DNA from: Candidatus Methanomethylophilaceae archaeon
GTDB taxonomy: Archaea; Thermoplasmatota; Thermoplasmata; Methanomassiliicoccales; Methanomethylophilaceae
Direction of reading: 5' to 3'
Assembly (NCBI GenBank): GCA_050944155.1
Contig: JBMNQN010000001.1
Location: 1-64,000, forward strand
DNA length: 64,000 nt
Part shown: piece by piece, positions 37,083 to 45,358 of the stretch
How positions within the stretch are numbered: position 1 is the first letter of the stretch
How the letters are laid out: the number at the start of each line of letters is the position of its first letter
The notes under the pieces: generated by a model
What the model was told of the DNA's origin: nothing
The model's input: only the letters and a program-made list of their open reading frames with translations
The model's database searches: none
Translations under genes and position numbers: made by a program

Positions 37083-37583
37083 TCAGTCTTCGCAGATTAT
37101 TATACATGCGTCTTTCTGTTCTCCGTCTTCCGTGCGGAACGCCATGAACGTGCCGTCGGAAGGGTCGATGACTATTGCGAATCCGGTGCCGTTTCCGAAC
37201 ATGGAAACGTGCGTTTCTATATCCGTTTCGGACATGTAGCATCCGAATCCGGGATGGGAATGGTACCAGCCCACAATCGAGCCTCCGGTTTCGTCCATGG
37301 AGGCGAACAGTTCCTCGAATCCTTCGGGATCGAATCTCACGCTGGTTTCCGTCGAATCCAGTTCGGACGTCGCCGTGCCTTCGGCCACCGCATATTCTCC
37401 GCCGTCGTCTCTGTAAACCTCTCCGAGAACGAATCCCATGACTTCTTTTCCTTCGGCGAAACCCTCGTCGGCGTGATTAAGCATATTTCCAAGCGCTGAT
37501 TCGGAAACGAATAGGTCCGCTTTCTTCACCGTGCGTTTTCTGTAGGTTCTTTCCTTCTTTTCGAAAGAGATGATTTTAGGCAT
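37083..37583 (-). CDS. JAMM/MPN+ metalloprotease, Rpn11/CSN5-like
   Basis: GKEVMGFVLG and IVGWYHSHPGFGCYMSETDIETH (E...HxH-x7-S-x2-D); AIVIDP. Confidence 0.92.
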   Translation of the reverse strand: MPKIISFEKKERTYRKRTVKKADLFVSESALGNMLNHADEGFAEGKEVMGFVLGEVYRDDGGEYAVAEGTATSELDSTETSVRFDPEGFEELFASMDETGGSIVGWYHSHPGFGCYMSETDIETHVSMFGNGTGFAIVIDPSDGTFMAFRTEDGEQKDACIIICED

Positions 37584-38061
37584 TGCCGTCACCGAATCTG
37601 ACTTCAGCCCTGAAGGCGGGTTTGTTTTCGATATACCAGCGGGACGCCTTCATGCAGGAATCCGTTCCGTAGGGACTCTTGGGATTCGGGTCTGCCAGAA
37701 GATTCTCCAGGCCCATGACGAACGACGTAAGGTTGGAACCGAAGTTCCAGTTGTCCAATATTTTCACGCAGACGTATCCGCCGTCTTCAGGCATCATTAT
37801 ATTGGGGTGGAAAATAGGGGTTTTCCAGGATGCTCTGGGTCTTTCGAAAGGATATTCTTCGGAGAGTATCAGTTCGAACCTGTGTTCTGAAGACATTTCG
37901 GTTTCAGAGATTCTCGCCGGCGAGTTCATCAGAACCACGCTAAGGGTTATGGGAAAAACCGCGTTCTCCGGAATACTTGGTATGTTCAGTCCGAGATACC
38001 CGTTCAGGCCGTTGATTTCGTTATTGATTCTTTTGACGAGAATCGGTTTGACCAGTCCCAT
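37576..38061 (-). CDS. ubiquitin-conjugating enzyme E2 (UBC fold)
   Basis: KRINNE, YPFERP, TPIFHPNI...GYVCVKILDNW, LLADPNPKSP. Confidence 0.9.
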   Translation of the reverse strand: MGLVKPILVKRINNEINGLNGYLGLNIPSIPENAVFPITLSVVLMNSPARISETEMSSEHRFELILSEEYPFERPRASWKTPIFHPNIMMPEDGGYVCVKILDNWNFGSNLTSFVMGLENLLADPNPKSPYGTDSCMKASRWYIENKPAFRAEVRFGDGNA

Positions 38062-38297
38062 CAGATTCCGCCTTCCGGGTCCGGAATCATTTCCACAACG
38101 TCGCCGTCCGAAAGGTTGGTTTCGGCGATGGTACGGCTTCCCAGAAGCAGTTTCGGCCCTTTTCTGAGGATGAAAGCACCCGCCCCCTCTCCCCAGTAGT
38201 CCGCCGCCGCATCGATTATGTCGGATATTTTTTCGTAAGGTTCCAGCTCCATCCGAATGGATGCTCCGGCCGCCGTGTTTACCACCGTAATTTTCAC
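38061..38297 (-). CDS. ubiquitin-like modifier precursor (ends GG-I)
   Basis: 78 aa; aligns by eye to ubiquitin with one gap; C-terminus PEGGI; GAGG ribosome-binding site; TGATG coupling to the E2. Confidence 0.85.
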   Translation of the reverse strand: MKITVVNTAAGASIRMELEPYEKISDIIDAAADYWGEGAGAFILRKGPKLLLGSRTIAETNLSDGDVVEMIPDPEGGI

Positions 38298-38307
38298 TGT
38301 CGTTTTT

Positions 38308-39066
38308 TCACTTCCTCGTATGATTCGGACAATCTGGATCGATATCCAAAGAAACAGTGTCCAAAGTTCCTTTTTCCCCGTTGTAGTACGTAATTCCGCG
38401 GACGCATAATTCCTCTCTTCCCGAAATAATCTTTTCGGCTTCCCTCACCTGCAATGCCGCGATTATGGACGTAGTGGTAATCTCCGCTGCGGTATGGGGA
38501 ACGAACATGTGGGAATTTCCCGTACAGGAAAACCTCAGTTCTGCGATTTTTGAGTGGGTGGAATTCATGGCGCACTGAAGACAGGGGCCGTCCGCAACGG
38601 TCTGTACTTTTCCGGACATACCGTCGGTCGCACCGTCGATGTACGGGATTCCGTAGTATTTCGCGTGGGAGTTCACGTGAAGTCTGGCACTTATGTTGTC
38701 GAGACATCCGAGAATCAGATCGAAATCCCAGGACTTCAGTTCCCGTACGTCCGAAACTATTCCTTTCACGTCGGCGTCGGGAGACAGTTCGTTCGCTCTT
38801 TCGGCAAGTATGTCGCATTTCATGGGTCCGCCCGCGTCTTCTTCTCTGAAAAACACGCAGCGGCTCAGATTGGATTTTACGATATTGTCCGTATCTACAA
38901 CGGTTATGTCCCTGAAACCGGCCAGAACCGAACATTTCACGGCTTCGTTTCCCAGGGCTCCCGCGCCTACGACGAGAATCCTGGAATCGGCTATGCGGTC
39001 GATGTCAATCCATTCGATTCTTTTCATGCGGTCGAATCTGTCGGAATCCCGTTCTCCGGTCTTCAT
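38308..39066 (-). CDS. E1-like ubiquitin-activating enzyme (ThiF/MoeB/E1 family)
   Basis: VVGAGALGNE, DxDxxxxSNLSR, LDNISARLHVN, Zn site CLQC + CPNH, candidate catalytic Cys in FSCT. Confidence 0.9.
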   Translation of the reverse strand: MKTGERDSDRFDRMKRIEWIDIDRIADSRILVVGAGALGNEAVKCSVLAGFRDITVVDTDNIVKSNLSRCVFFREEDAGGPMKCDILAERANELSPDADVKGIVSDVRELKSWDFDLILGCLDNISARLHVNSHAKYYGIPYIDGATDGMSGKVQTVADGPCLQCAMNSTHSKIAELRFSCTGNSHMFVPHTAAEITTTSIIAALQVREAEKIISGREELCVRGITYYNGEKGTLDTVSLDIDPDCPNHTRK

Positions 39067-39137
39067 CGCACGGGCAGAGCTTCCGTGTAATAAAACACCG
39101 CGGTCTGTTTTATACTCCGAAAGACTATCGGAAAGAC

Positions 39138-39335
39138 ATGGCGGAACTGCCCGAACATTCCCACTGCCTGTTCTGCGGCGACCCTGTCGCTTACGGAGAG
39201 CAATTCTGTTCCGAGGACTGCGCCGGGCATTACGCAAAAAAGAAGAAAAAGGATTTTCTCAAAGAAAACGGATTTTACATCATAGCCGCAATCGGCATAA
39301 TCGTTCTTTCCGTCATTTTCTGGATGATGCGCTGA
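39138..39335 (+). CDS. small membrane-anchored zinc-finger protein (DUF2116-like)
   Basis: HSHCLFCG....FCSEDC followed by a C-terminal TM helix. Confidence 0.78.
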   Translation: MAELPEHSHCLFCGDPVAYGEQFCSEDCAGHYAKKKKKDFLKENGFYIIAAIGIIVLSVIFWMMR

Positions 39336-40086
39336 GTCTTTCGCAGGTTTTCTTTACGTTGTGAACCCTGACGATGGCGGCTCCGTGCTTCACGGCTTCC
39401 GCAGCCGCTTCCGCGGATGCGTCGTCGTCTCTGCGTCCGTATTCGAATTCCAGATATCTTTTCCTCGACGGACCTATCAGAACGGGGTATTCTTTTCCGA
39501 AATACGAAGCGCTCCTGGTCAGTTCCGAATTCAGTTCGTGGGTTTTTCCGAATCCCACTCCCGGGTCGAGTATGATTCTTTCCTTTTTTACTCCGCCCGC
39601 TATCGCTGCCTCGGCACGTCCGTTAAGGAATTCCCTTATCTGCGGCTTTGCGTCTCCGCTCATTTCCACGGAGTGCAGCTCGTTCGGTCCGCCGTGCATA
39701 TGCATTATTATTGCGTACGAATCCGTTTCCGAAACGACTTCGATCATTCCTTCGTTTCTCAGACCGTATACGTCGTTTATTACGGTCGCTCCGGCATCCG
39801 CCGCGGCGGCGGCGATTTCGGGTTTCATGGTGTCCACGGAAACGGGAACGTCCGAGGAGGACGTGAACTCCCTTATGACGTCGACTATTCTGGAAATTTC
39901 TTCCTCTGCGGATACGGGAATCCATCCGGGGCGGGTGGATTCGCCGCCCACGTCTATTATCGACGCGCCGTCGTCGACCATCTCGAAGGCTCTTTTCAGA
40001 GCGGCGTCCGTGTCCTTGTAGGAACCTCCGTCCGAAAACGAATCCGGAGTCATGTTGAGTATTCCCATTACGGCGGGATACTTCAT
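39313..40086 (-). CDS. folP: dihydropteroate synthase
   Basis: MGILNMTPDSFSDGG, DVGGESTRPG, DPGVGFGKT, SRKR, IVRVHNV. Confidence 0.94.
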   Translation of the reverse strand: MKYPAVMGILNMTPDSFSDGGSYKDTDAALKRAFEMVDDGASIIDVGGESTRPGWIPVSAEEEISRIVDVIREFTSSSDVPVSVDTMKPEIAAAAADAGATVINDVYGLRNEGMIEVVSETDSYAIIMHMHGGPNELHSVEMSGDAKPQIREFLNGRAEAAIAGGVKKERIILDPGVGFGKTHELNSELTRSASYFGKEYPVLIGPSRKRYLEFEYGRRDDDASAEAAAEAVKHGAAIVRVHNVKKTCERLSASSRK

Positions 40087-41180
40087 GGCATCAGTCTGTC
40101 CACGAGTTCTATGAGGTCTACGATCTCGACGTTTCTGTCTCCTTTTCCGGCGCTGAGGTTGCTCACGCAGAAAGGACAGGTGGTGATTATCATATCGATG
40201 CCTTCCGCCTCGTCCAGACGGGTCGCGGATATTCCGAGGGATTCTTCGGGGAAGGCGCTTCTCACTCCGCCTCCGCCTCCGCAGCAGTGGCTCAGGCTGC
40301 GGTTATACTTCATCTCTCTGAAATCCAGGCCGGGGATTTTGGCTATGACCTGTCTGGGTTCTTCGTAAACTCCGCAGTGTCTTCCCAGGTGGCAGGGATC
40401 GTGATATGTGGCGGTGGCGTTCAGAGGTTTCAGATTAAGGTCCTGTTTCGCAAGGAATTCGGTTATGTGCAGAACTTCGAAAGGAACGTCCACGTACTTC
40501 GGATACTCGGTTTTGAACATCCTGTAGCACCCTGCGCAGGAGAGTACCAGGGTTTTGACTCCGAGTTTCTTTATGGCGTCTACGTTTTTACGGAACAGAG
40601 TTTCGGTATATTCGTTGTCGTATCCGACTCTCTGCATTACGGAACCGCAGCAGACTTCGTCGACAACCGTGAAATCGATGCCCAGTTTTTTGAGTACGGA
40701 CATGGTGGACTCGGAAGTCTTTTTGGAGCGGTATGTTGCCGTGCATCCGGCAAAGTATCCCACCTCCGCTTTGTGCCTTTTCACTCCGAGGGTTTCCTCA
40801 ACGCTTTTCTCTTCGCGGTACGGATTTCCGTATTTCACGATGCTGTCCGTCATGGCTTTGTGTTTGGGGAGCATGTGTCCGTTTTTCACCAGGTCGGCGC
40901 GGGCGGTTTCGACGATGTCCACCACATCCACTTTGGAAGGGCAGCGTCTTACGCAGTCGGCGCAGGTGGTGCATGTGTACATGTTTCTTATCACAGACTC
41001 GTCGGCGGGAAGGTCTCCGTTCACAAGTCCGTACGCCATGGTTACGCGTCCCCTCGAAGACGCCGTGTCCCAGCCTATTTCTTTGTACGACGGGCACACG
41101 CTTTTGCAGAATCCGCACATCGTGCAGACGTTCAGAGCTTTTCTTATTTTGTCGAGATTTTCGGTTTTTACGTCAGACAT
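40083..41180 (-). CDS. HdrD/GlpC-like Fe-S protein with two CCG domains
   Basis: CTMCGFCKSVCP and CTTCADCVRRCP; CCG motifs VCCGS..SCAGC and DPCHL..CCGGGGG..TCPFC. Confidence 0.88.
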   Translation of the reverse strand: MSDVKTENLDKIRKALNVCTMCGFCKSVCPSYKEIGWDTASSRGRVTMAYGLVNGDLPADESVIRNMYTCTTCADCVRRCPSKVDVVDIVETARADLVKNGHMLPKHKAMTDSIVKYGNPYREEKSVEETLGVKRHKAEVGYFAGCTATYRSKKTSESTMSVLKKLGIDFTVVDEVCCGSVMQRVGYDNEYTETLFRKNVDAIKKLGVKTLVLSCAGCYRMFKTEYPKYVDVPFEVLHITEFLAKQDLNLKPLNATATYHDPCHLGRHCGVYEEPRQVIAKIPGLDFREMKYNRSLSHCCGGGGGVRSAFPEESLGISATRLDEAEGIDMIITTCPFCVSNLSAGKGDRNVEIVDLIELVDRLMP

Positions 41181-41183
41181 GTT

Positions 41184-42425
41184 TCACTCAACTCTGGGAA
41201 TGGTAACGCTTCCGTCCATCAGGACGATGAATTCCGCTTCGGGATTCTGCCTCAGCGCTTCGTCTACGGCATCCTGCACGGAAGGGAACGCTCTCATGTT
41301 TGCTTTGTTGATTAACTCCGGATCTAGATCCGTTACGGCCCAAATCTCGGCCCAGGTCATTATCTCGGCCATTTTGGCGGCTTTGTGATATCCGAGTTTA
41401 TACTCTTCGCTGAGATTTTTTAGAATCTGTTCCGGACCGTCGGGACAGGTGAGCTGGGTAAGGAATGTGGCGCTGCCGATACCCTCGCGGCATTTGGACA
41501 CCATAACGATTTTTCCGCCTTTTTTCAGAGCCCACTTGCCGTTGTCGAGAGCCTTCTGGGACTGATACAGATCCACGTCCATGGGGTACGGAGCGACGGA
41601 AATGACCACGTCCGCTTTGCGGGGAATGGCGACGGAGAACACCTCGTTGGCGTATTCGACGGCCTTTCCGAAGGCTTCGTTCAGACCTCCGCTTACGGCT
41701 TTGTAGATATTCTGGTGTCTGTCGAGGACCAGCTGTATGGAGAATATCTTCTTTCCTTTCACCGCTTCCAGGGCATCCATCATATCTTCGTGGACAGGGT
41801 TTCCTTCGAGTGCCAGAGACTGCGCTTCCATCTTCATGGCCATCTTGTGGTTGGTCTCTATCGTCTTGAAAGAGGCGACTCCCGGAAGGAAGGATTTGCG
41901 GCCTCCCGTGTATCCGGCGAAATAGTGGGGTTCCACGCTGGTGATTATTACCAGTCTGTCGGAATCGACGGCAATTTTGTTGACTTCCATGGGAGTACCG
42001 TTCTTGGACTTACCCAGGTTTACGCATTCCGATTCTTTTGCGTTGTGAACGATTATGCGGTCCTTGAGACTCTCGTAGTGTTTTCCGAATATGAAGTCGT
42101 ATTCCTCTTCGGTGGGAGCCCTGTGGTTTCCCGTCGCTATGAGATATCTGGCACTCCTCAGATCCATTCTCTTGGAGAGTGCGTCGAGAACCTTGGCGGT
42201 AGGCGTGGGACGGGTTCCGTCGTTGACGATGAAGACCACGTCTTTCCCGCCCTTCAGGAAATCGCTCAGGGATTCCGATCCGACGGGAGAGTCTATGGAC
42301 TCTCCGATGGTTTTGTCCACGGGTCCGCAGACGACGTCCTTCGGGTAGTACGCCCCTATGTAGTTCTTGTCAGGGATTTCGGCAGGCAGGGACCCATCCT
42401 TTCCGTACTTGATATCGATGTTCAT
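41184..42425 (-). CDS. larA: nickel-pincer-dependent lactate racemase family protein
   Basis: DGTRPTP, ATGNHR, EPHYFAGYTGGRKS, TNH, GNPVHEDM, DLYQSQKAL. Confidence 0.88.
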   Translation of the reverse strand: MNIDIKYGKDGSLPAEIPDKNYIGAYYPKDVVCGPVDKTIGESIDSPVGSESLSDFLKGGKDVVFIVNDGTRPTPTAKVLDALSKRMDLRSARYLIATGNHRAPTEEEYDFIFGKHYESLKDRIIVHNAKESECVNLGKSKNGTPMEVNKIAVDSDRLVIITSVEPHYFAGYTGGRKSFLPGVASFKTIETNHKMAMKMEAQSLALEGNPVHEDMMDALEAVKGKKIFSIQLVLDRHQNIYKAVSGGLNEAFGKAVEYANEVFSVAIPRKADVVISVAPYPMDVDLYQSQKALDNGKWALKKGGKIVMVSKCREGIGSATFLTQLTCPDGPEQILKNLSEEYKLGYHKAAKMAEIMTWAEIWAVTDLDPELINKANMRAFPSVQDAVDEALRQNPEAEFIVLMDGSVTIPRVE

Positions 42426-42511
42426 AACCGACGTCTTATCTCGGATATATTATTAAATTTTCGCGCCGTTTACAGAAAACAGCGAACGGCATAAACGGAG
42501 ATCGGAACTGA

Positions 42512-43450
42512 ATGGCATCATTCGGAGAAACGGGCGAAAGGGAAACCATACGTAACATCATGAAGATAATCAGGCCGTCCGGCAGAGACGGTCCGGGAGA
42601 CGATGCCGCCCTTGCGGACATAAGCGGCCGTCTTGCGATATCCACGGACGCTACCACGGTCGAGAGACACATGCCGGAGACGATGACTTTCGAACAGTTC
42701 GGGTGGTATTCGGCCGCGGTAAGTTTCAGCGATATATCCGCCATGGGCGCCAGGCCCAAAGGGATTCTTGCGTCTCTGATGTTTCCTCCTTCTCTCGGCG
42801 AAGAAAAAATTTACGATATCATGAGCGGTATCGACCAATGTGCCGAATTCTGCGGAACGGCCGTTATCGGCGGGGACACCAAAAACGGAAACGGAGCAAT
42901 CGTGACCACGGCCATCGGCGATACGGAAGACCGTAAGCCGATGATGCGCAGCGGAGCCAAACCCGGAGATCTGGTTGCGGTGACCGGACCTTTGGGGGCA
43001 CCGGCTGCCGGATGGCATTCCATAAAGAACGGATTCGGTCTGGAAGACGCGGAAGACGCTCTCATGGTACCGATTCCCAGATGGGAAGAGGGAATCGCCC
43101 TTTCGTCTTCCGGCGCGGTGACTTCCTGCATGGACCTTTCCGACGGACTTGCGGAAGCCGCATGGGGAATCTGTTCGGCAAGCCGTGTCGGCATGGAGGT
43201 GTGCCGCGAATTTCTGCCGGAAGGCCCGGGTGTTGACGATATACATTCGGAACTTATGGTTTCCAAGGACGAAATGATGCTTTACTGGGGCGGAGAGTAC
43301 GAACTGATGTTCACCTTCGGAAAGGACGAAGTGGAAAAACTGTACGAAGGCAAAGTTGATTTTTCGATTATAGGTACGGTCACCAACGGAAGGGAACCGA
43401 TAGTATTCGGCGAAGACGGAAGGGAGGTTATGAAACACGGCGTCTATTAA
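42512..43450 (+). CDS. thiL: thiamine-monophosphate kinase
   Basis: GDDAA, SDISAMGARP, IGGDT, RSGAKPGD, MDLSDGL, GGEYELMFT. Confidence 0.92.
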   Translation: MASFGETGERETIRNIMKIIRPSGRDGPGDDAALADISGRLAISTDATTVERHMPETMTFEQFGWYSAAVSFSDISAMGARPKGILASLMFPPSLGEEKIYDIMSGIDQCAEFCGTAVIGGDTKNGNGAIVTTAIGDTEDRKPMMRSGAKPGDLVAVTGPLGAPAAGWHSIKNGFGLEDAEDALMVPIPRWEEGIALSSSGAVTSCMDLSDGLAEAAWGICSASRVGMEVCREFLPEGPGVDDIHSELMVSKDEMMLYWGGEYELMFTFGKDEVEKLYEGKVDFSIIGTVTNGREPIVFGEDGREVMKHGVY

Positions 43451-43457
43451 TCCGAAA

Positions 43458-44450
43458 GTGGAAGCCGCGTATTACACGAGAGAAAACGGCGGCTACAGAT
43501 GCGGGCTGTGCCCCCACAGGTGCCTGATAAAGCCGGGCAGCTACGGAAGATGTTCTTCCAGATACGGCGAGGAAGATATGCTCACCGCCTACACGTACGG
43601 AAAGCTTTCCTCCATATGCGTCGACCCCATAGAGAAAAAGCCACTGTATCATTTCCATCCCGGCGAAAAGACGTTCTCCGTTGGAAGCGTGGGATGCAAC
43701 ATGTCCTGCCGCCACTGCCAGAATTATGCCATATCCCAGAACGCGACGGGCAAGAAGAGAACGACCTATGTCTCCCCCGAAAAACTGGTGTCCATGTGCA
43801 GGGGAGAGAAGCTGGACATACTCTCCTTCACGTACAACGAACCCACGATATGGTACGAGTACATAATGGACGTAATGGACCTGGACCCGGATTTGATATG
43901 CGTGCTGGTTACCAACGGACTGATCAGCCGGGAACCCCTTCTGAATCTCTGCAGGGTGACTTCGGCCATGAACATCGACGTGAAGGCTTTCACCGACGAA
44001 TTTTACATGAAAATCTGCGGTGCCCATCTCGACGACGTTCTGAATTCCGCGAAAACGGTATTCGATGAAAACGTGCACCTGGAACTTACGTATCTGATGA
44101 TTCCGGGACTGAACGACGGCATGGACGAAATAGGGAGGTTCGCATGCTGGGTAAGGGATACGCTGTCCCCGGACGTACCCATACATTTCACGAGATTCCA
44201 CCCCGACAACGAGATGAACGACGTAAACTGGACGTCTCCCGACTCTCTTCTGGCTGCCCGCCAGACCGCAATGTCCGAGGGAATGAATTACGTTTACACG
44301 GGAAACATTCTGGCCGAGGGCGCAAGCGACACGTACTGTCCCGAATGCGGAACGGACGTGATAAAACGTCTGGGGTACCTGATCGAAATCGAGGCCCTGG
44401 ACGGAAACAGGTGCGCGGGCTGCAGGCACGAGCTGAACATCATCAGATGA
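43458..44450 (+). CDS. AmmeMemoRadiSam-system radical SAM enzyme
   Basis: CGLCPHRC, DPIEKKPLYHF, GCNMSCRHCQN, FTYNEPTIW, HFTRFHP, YVYTGN, CPEC. Confidence 0.88.
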   Translation: MEAAYYTRENGGYRCGLCPHRCLIKPGSYGRCSSRYGEEDMLTAYTYGKLSSICVDPIEKKPLYHFHPGEKTFSVGSVGCNMSCRHCQNYAISQNATGKKRTTYVSPEKLVSMCRGEKLDILSFTYNEPTIWYEYIMDVMDLDPDLICVLVTNGLISREPLLNLCRVTSAMNIDVKAFTDEFYMKICGAHLDDVLNSAKTVFDENVHLELTYLMIPGLNDGMDEIGRFACWVRDTLSPDVPIHFTRFHPDNEMNDVNWTSPDSLLAARQTAMSEGMNYVYTGNILAEGASDTYCPECGTDVIKRLGYLIEIEALDGNRCAGCRHELNIIR

Positions 44451-45306
44451 GGAACAGGGGATTTCCGATAAGCGCAACGAAAACGGTTGCGGCGAGAATC
44501 GGAAGTATAAACGGAATCATCGGCGTAACCCAAATTTCCTTTTCTCCGTGTTCTCTCAGTCTGGCATATATTTCCTCCGTTTCTTCGGGAACCGGAATTT
44601 TCACCAGTTCTCCGTTTTCCACGTCGTGCATAGGCCAGACGTGCGATTTTTCGGCTTCGTCCAAATCCATGATATATCCGGAAAGTGCCAGTCTGTTCAT
44701 TTTCGTCTTTCCGGCGTTTCTGTACGCGAAATAAATCACCGCCGTGAGGGAGAACAGCAGCGCAAGGAAAAGGACGGCAAGGGAGAAAACGAAAATCACG
44801 GGAAGAGGCCCCCCGGGCACTTCAATCAGAGGCAGGCCGAAGAAAGAAGGGTACACAGGGAAAGCAATCGTAAGAGAAATCATGCATTTGGCATCGGCTC
44901 CGCCTCTAAGAAGTCCGAACACATACATCAGAAGATAGACCGCATAGAATATTCCGGCCATCAGTCCCGCAATGACCCAGCTGTCGGAAGAGGACGCAAC
45001 ATACGGAATCAGGAACGATAAGAAAACCGTTACGTAAATCAGGACGGAAACGTAAAGGGAACGGTCGGAATCCCACAGTATGTCGAAAAGAATCACTGCG
45101 AATCCCGCCGCGATGACGGCGTATTCCCATTTCATTCCGCGATCGAAACTCATTGCGAGCCATACGGCGATGCCGCATACGCCGATTGCAAGCCAATGCC
45201 AATCGTGCACTTCCCTGCGGCGGATATCGCTTACGGCCGCGGATGCGAGAACCGCAAAAACCGCGACACTGAGCGCGAAGGAAATCCACTCCGTCGGAAT
45301 CGGCAT
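44443..45306 (-). CDS. A24 family prepilin/preflagellin peptidase
   Basis: SDIRRREV, GGADAK, IWVTPMIPF; multiple TM segments. Confidence 0.88.
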   Translation of the reverse strand: MPIPTEWISFALSVAVFAVLASAAVSDIRRREVHDWHWLAIGVCGIAVWLAMSFDRGMKWEYAVIAAGFAVILFDILWDSDRSLYVSVLIYVTVFLSFLIPYVASSSDSWVIAGLMAGIFYAVYLLMYVFGLLRGGADAKCMISLTIAFPVYPSFFGLPLIEVPGGPLPVIFVFSLAVLFLALLFSLTAVIYFAYRNAGKTKMNRLALSGYIMDLDEAEKSHVWPMHDVENGELVKIPVPEETEEIYARLREHGEKEIWVTPMIPFILPILAATVFVALIGNPLFLI

Positions 45307-45358
45307 AGCCCGGTAAAGGAGCGCAGATTATAATAATTGAGTAGCCTCTGGGGCTGTC

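Noticed and set aside
38061-39066. E1 + Ubl as an ordinary ThiF/ThiS or MoeB/MoaD sulfur-relay pair
   Set aside because: The coupled E2 with an intact HPN/Cys site, the ubiquitin-like sequence and the absence of rhodanese, thiG or moaE in the operon favour protein conjugation; thiL is over 3 kb away on the other strand.
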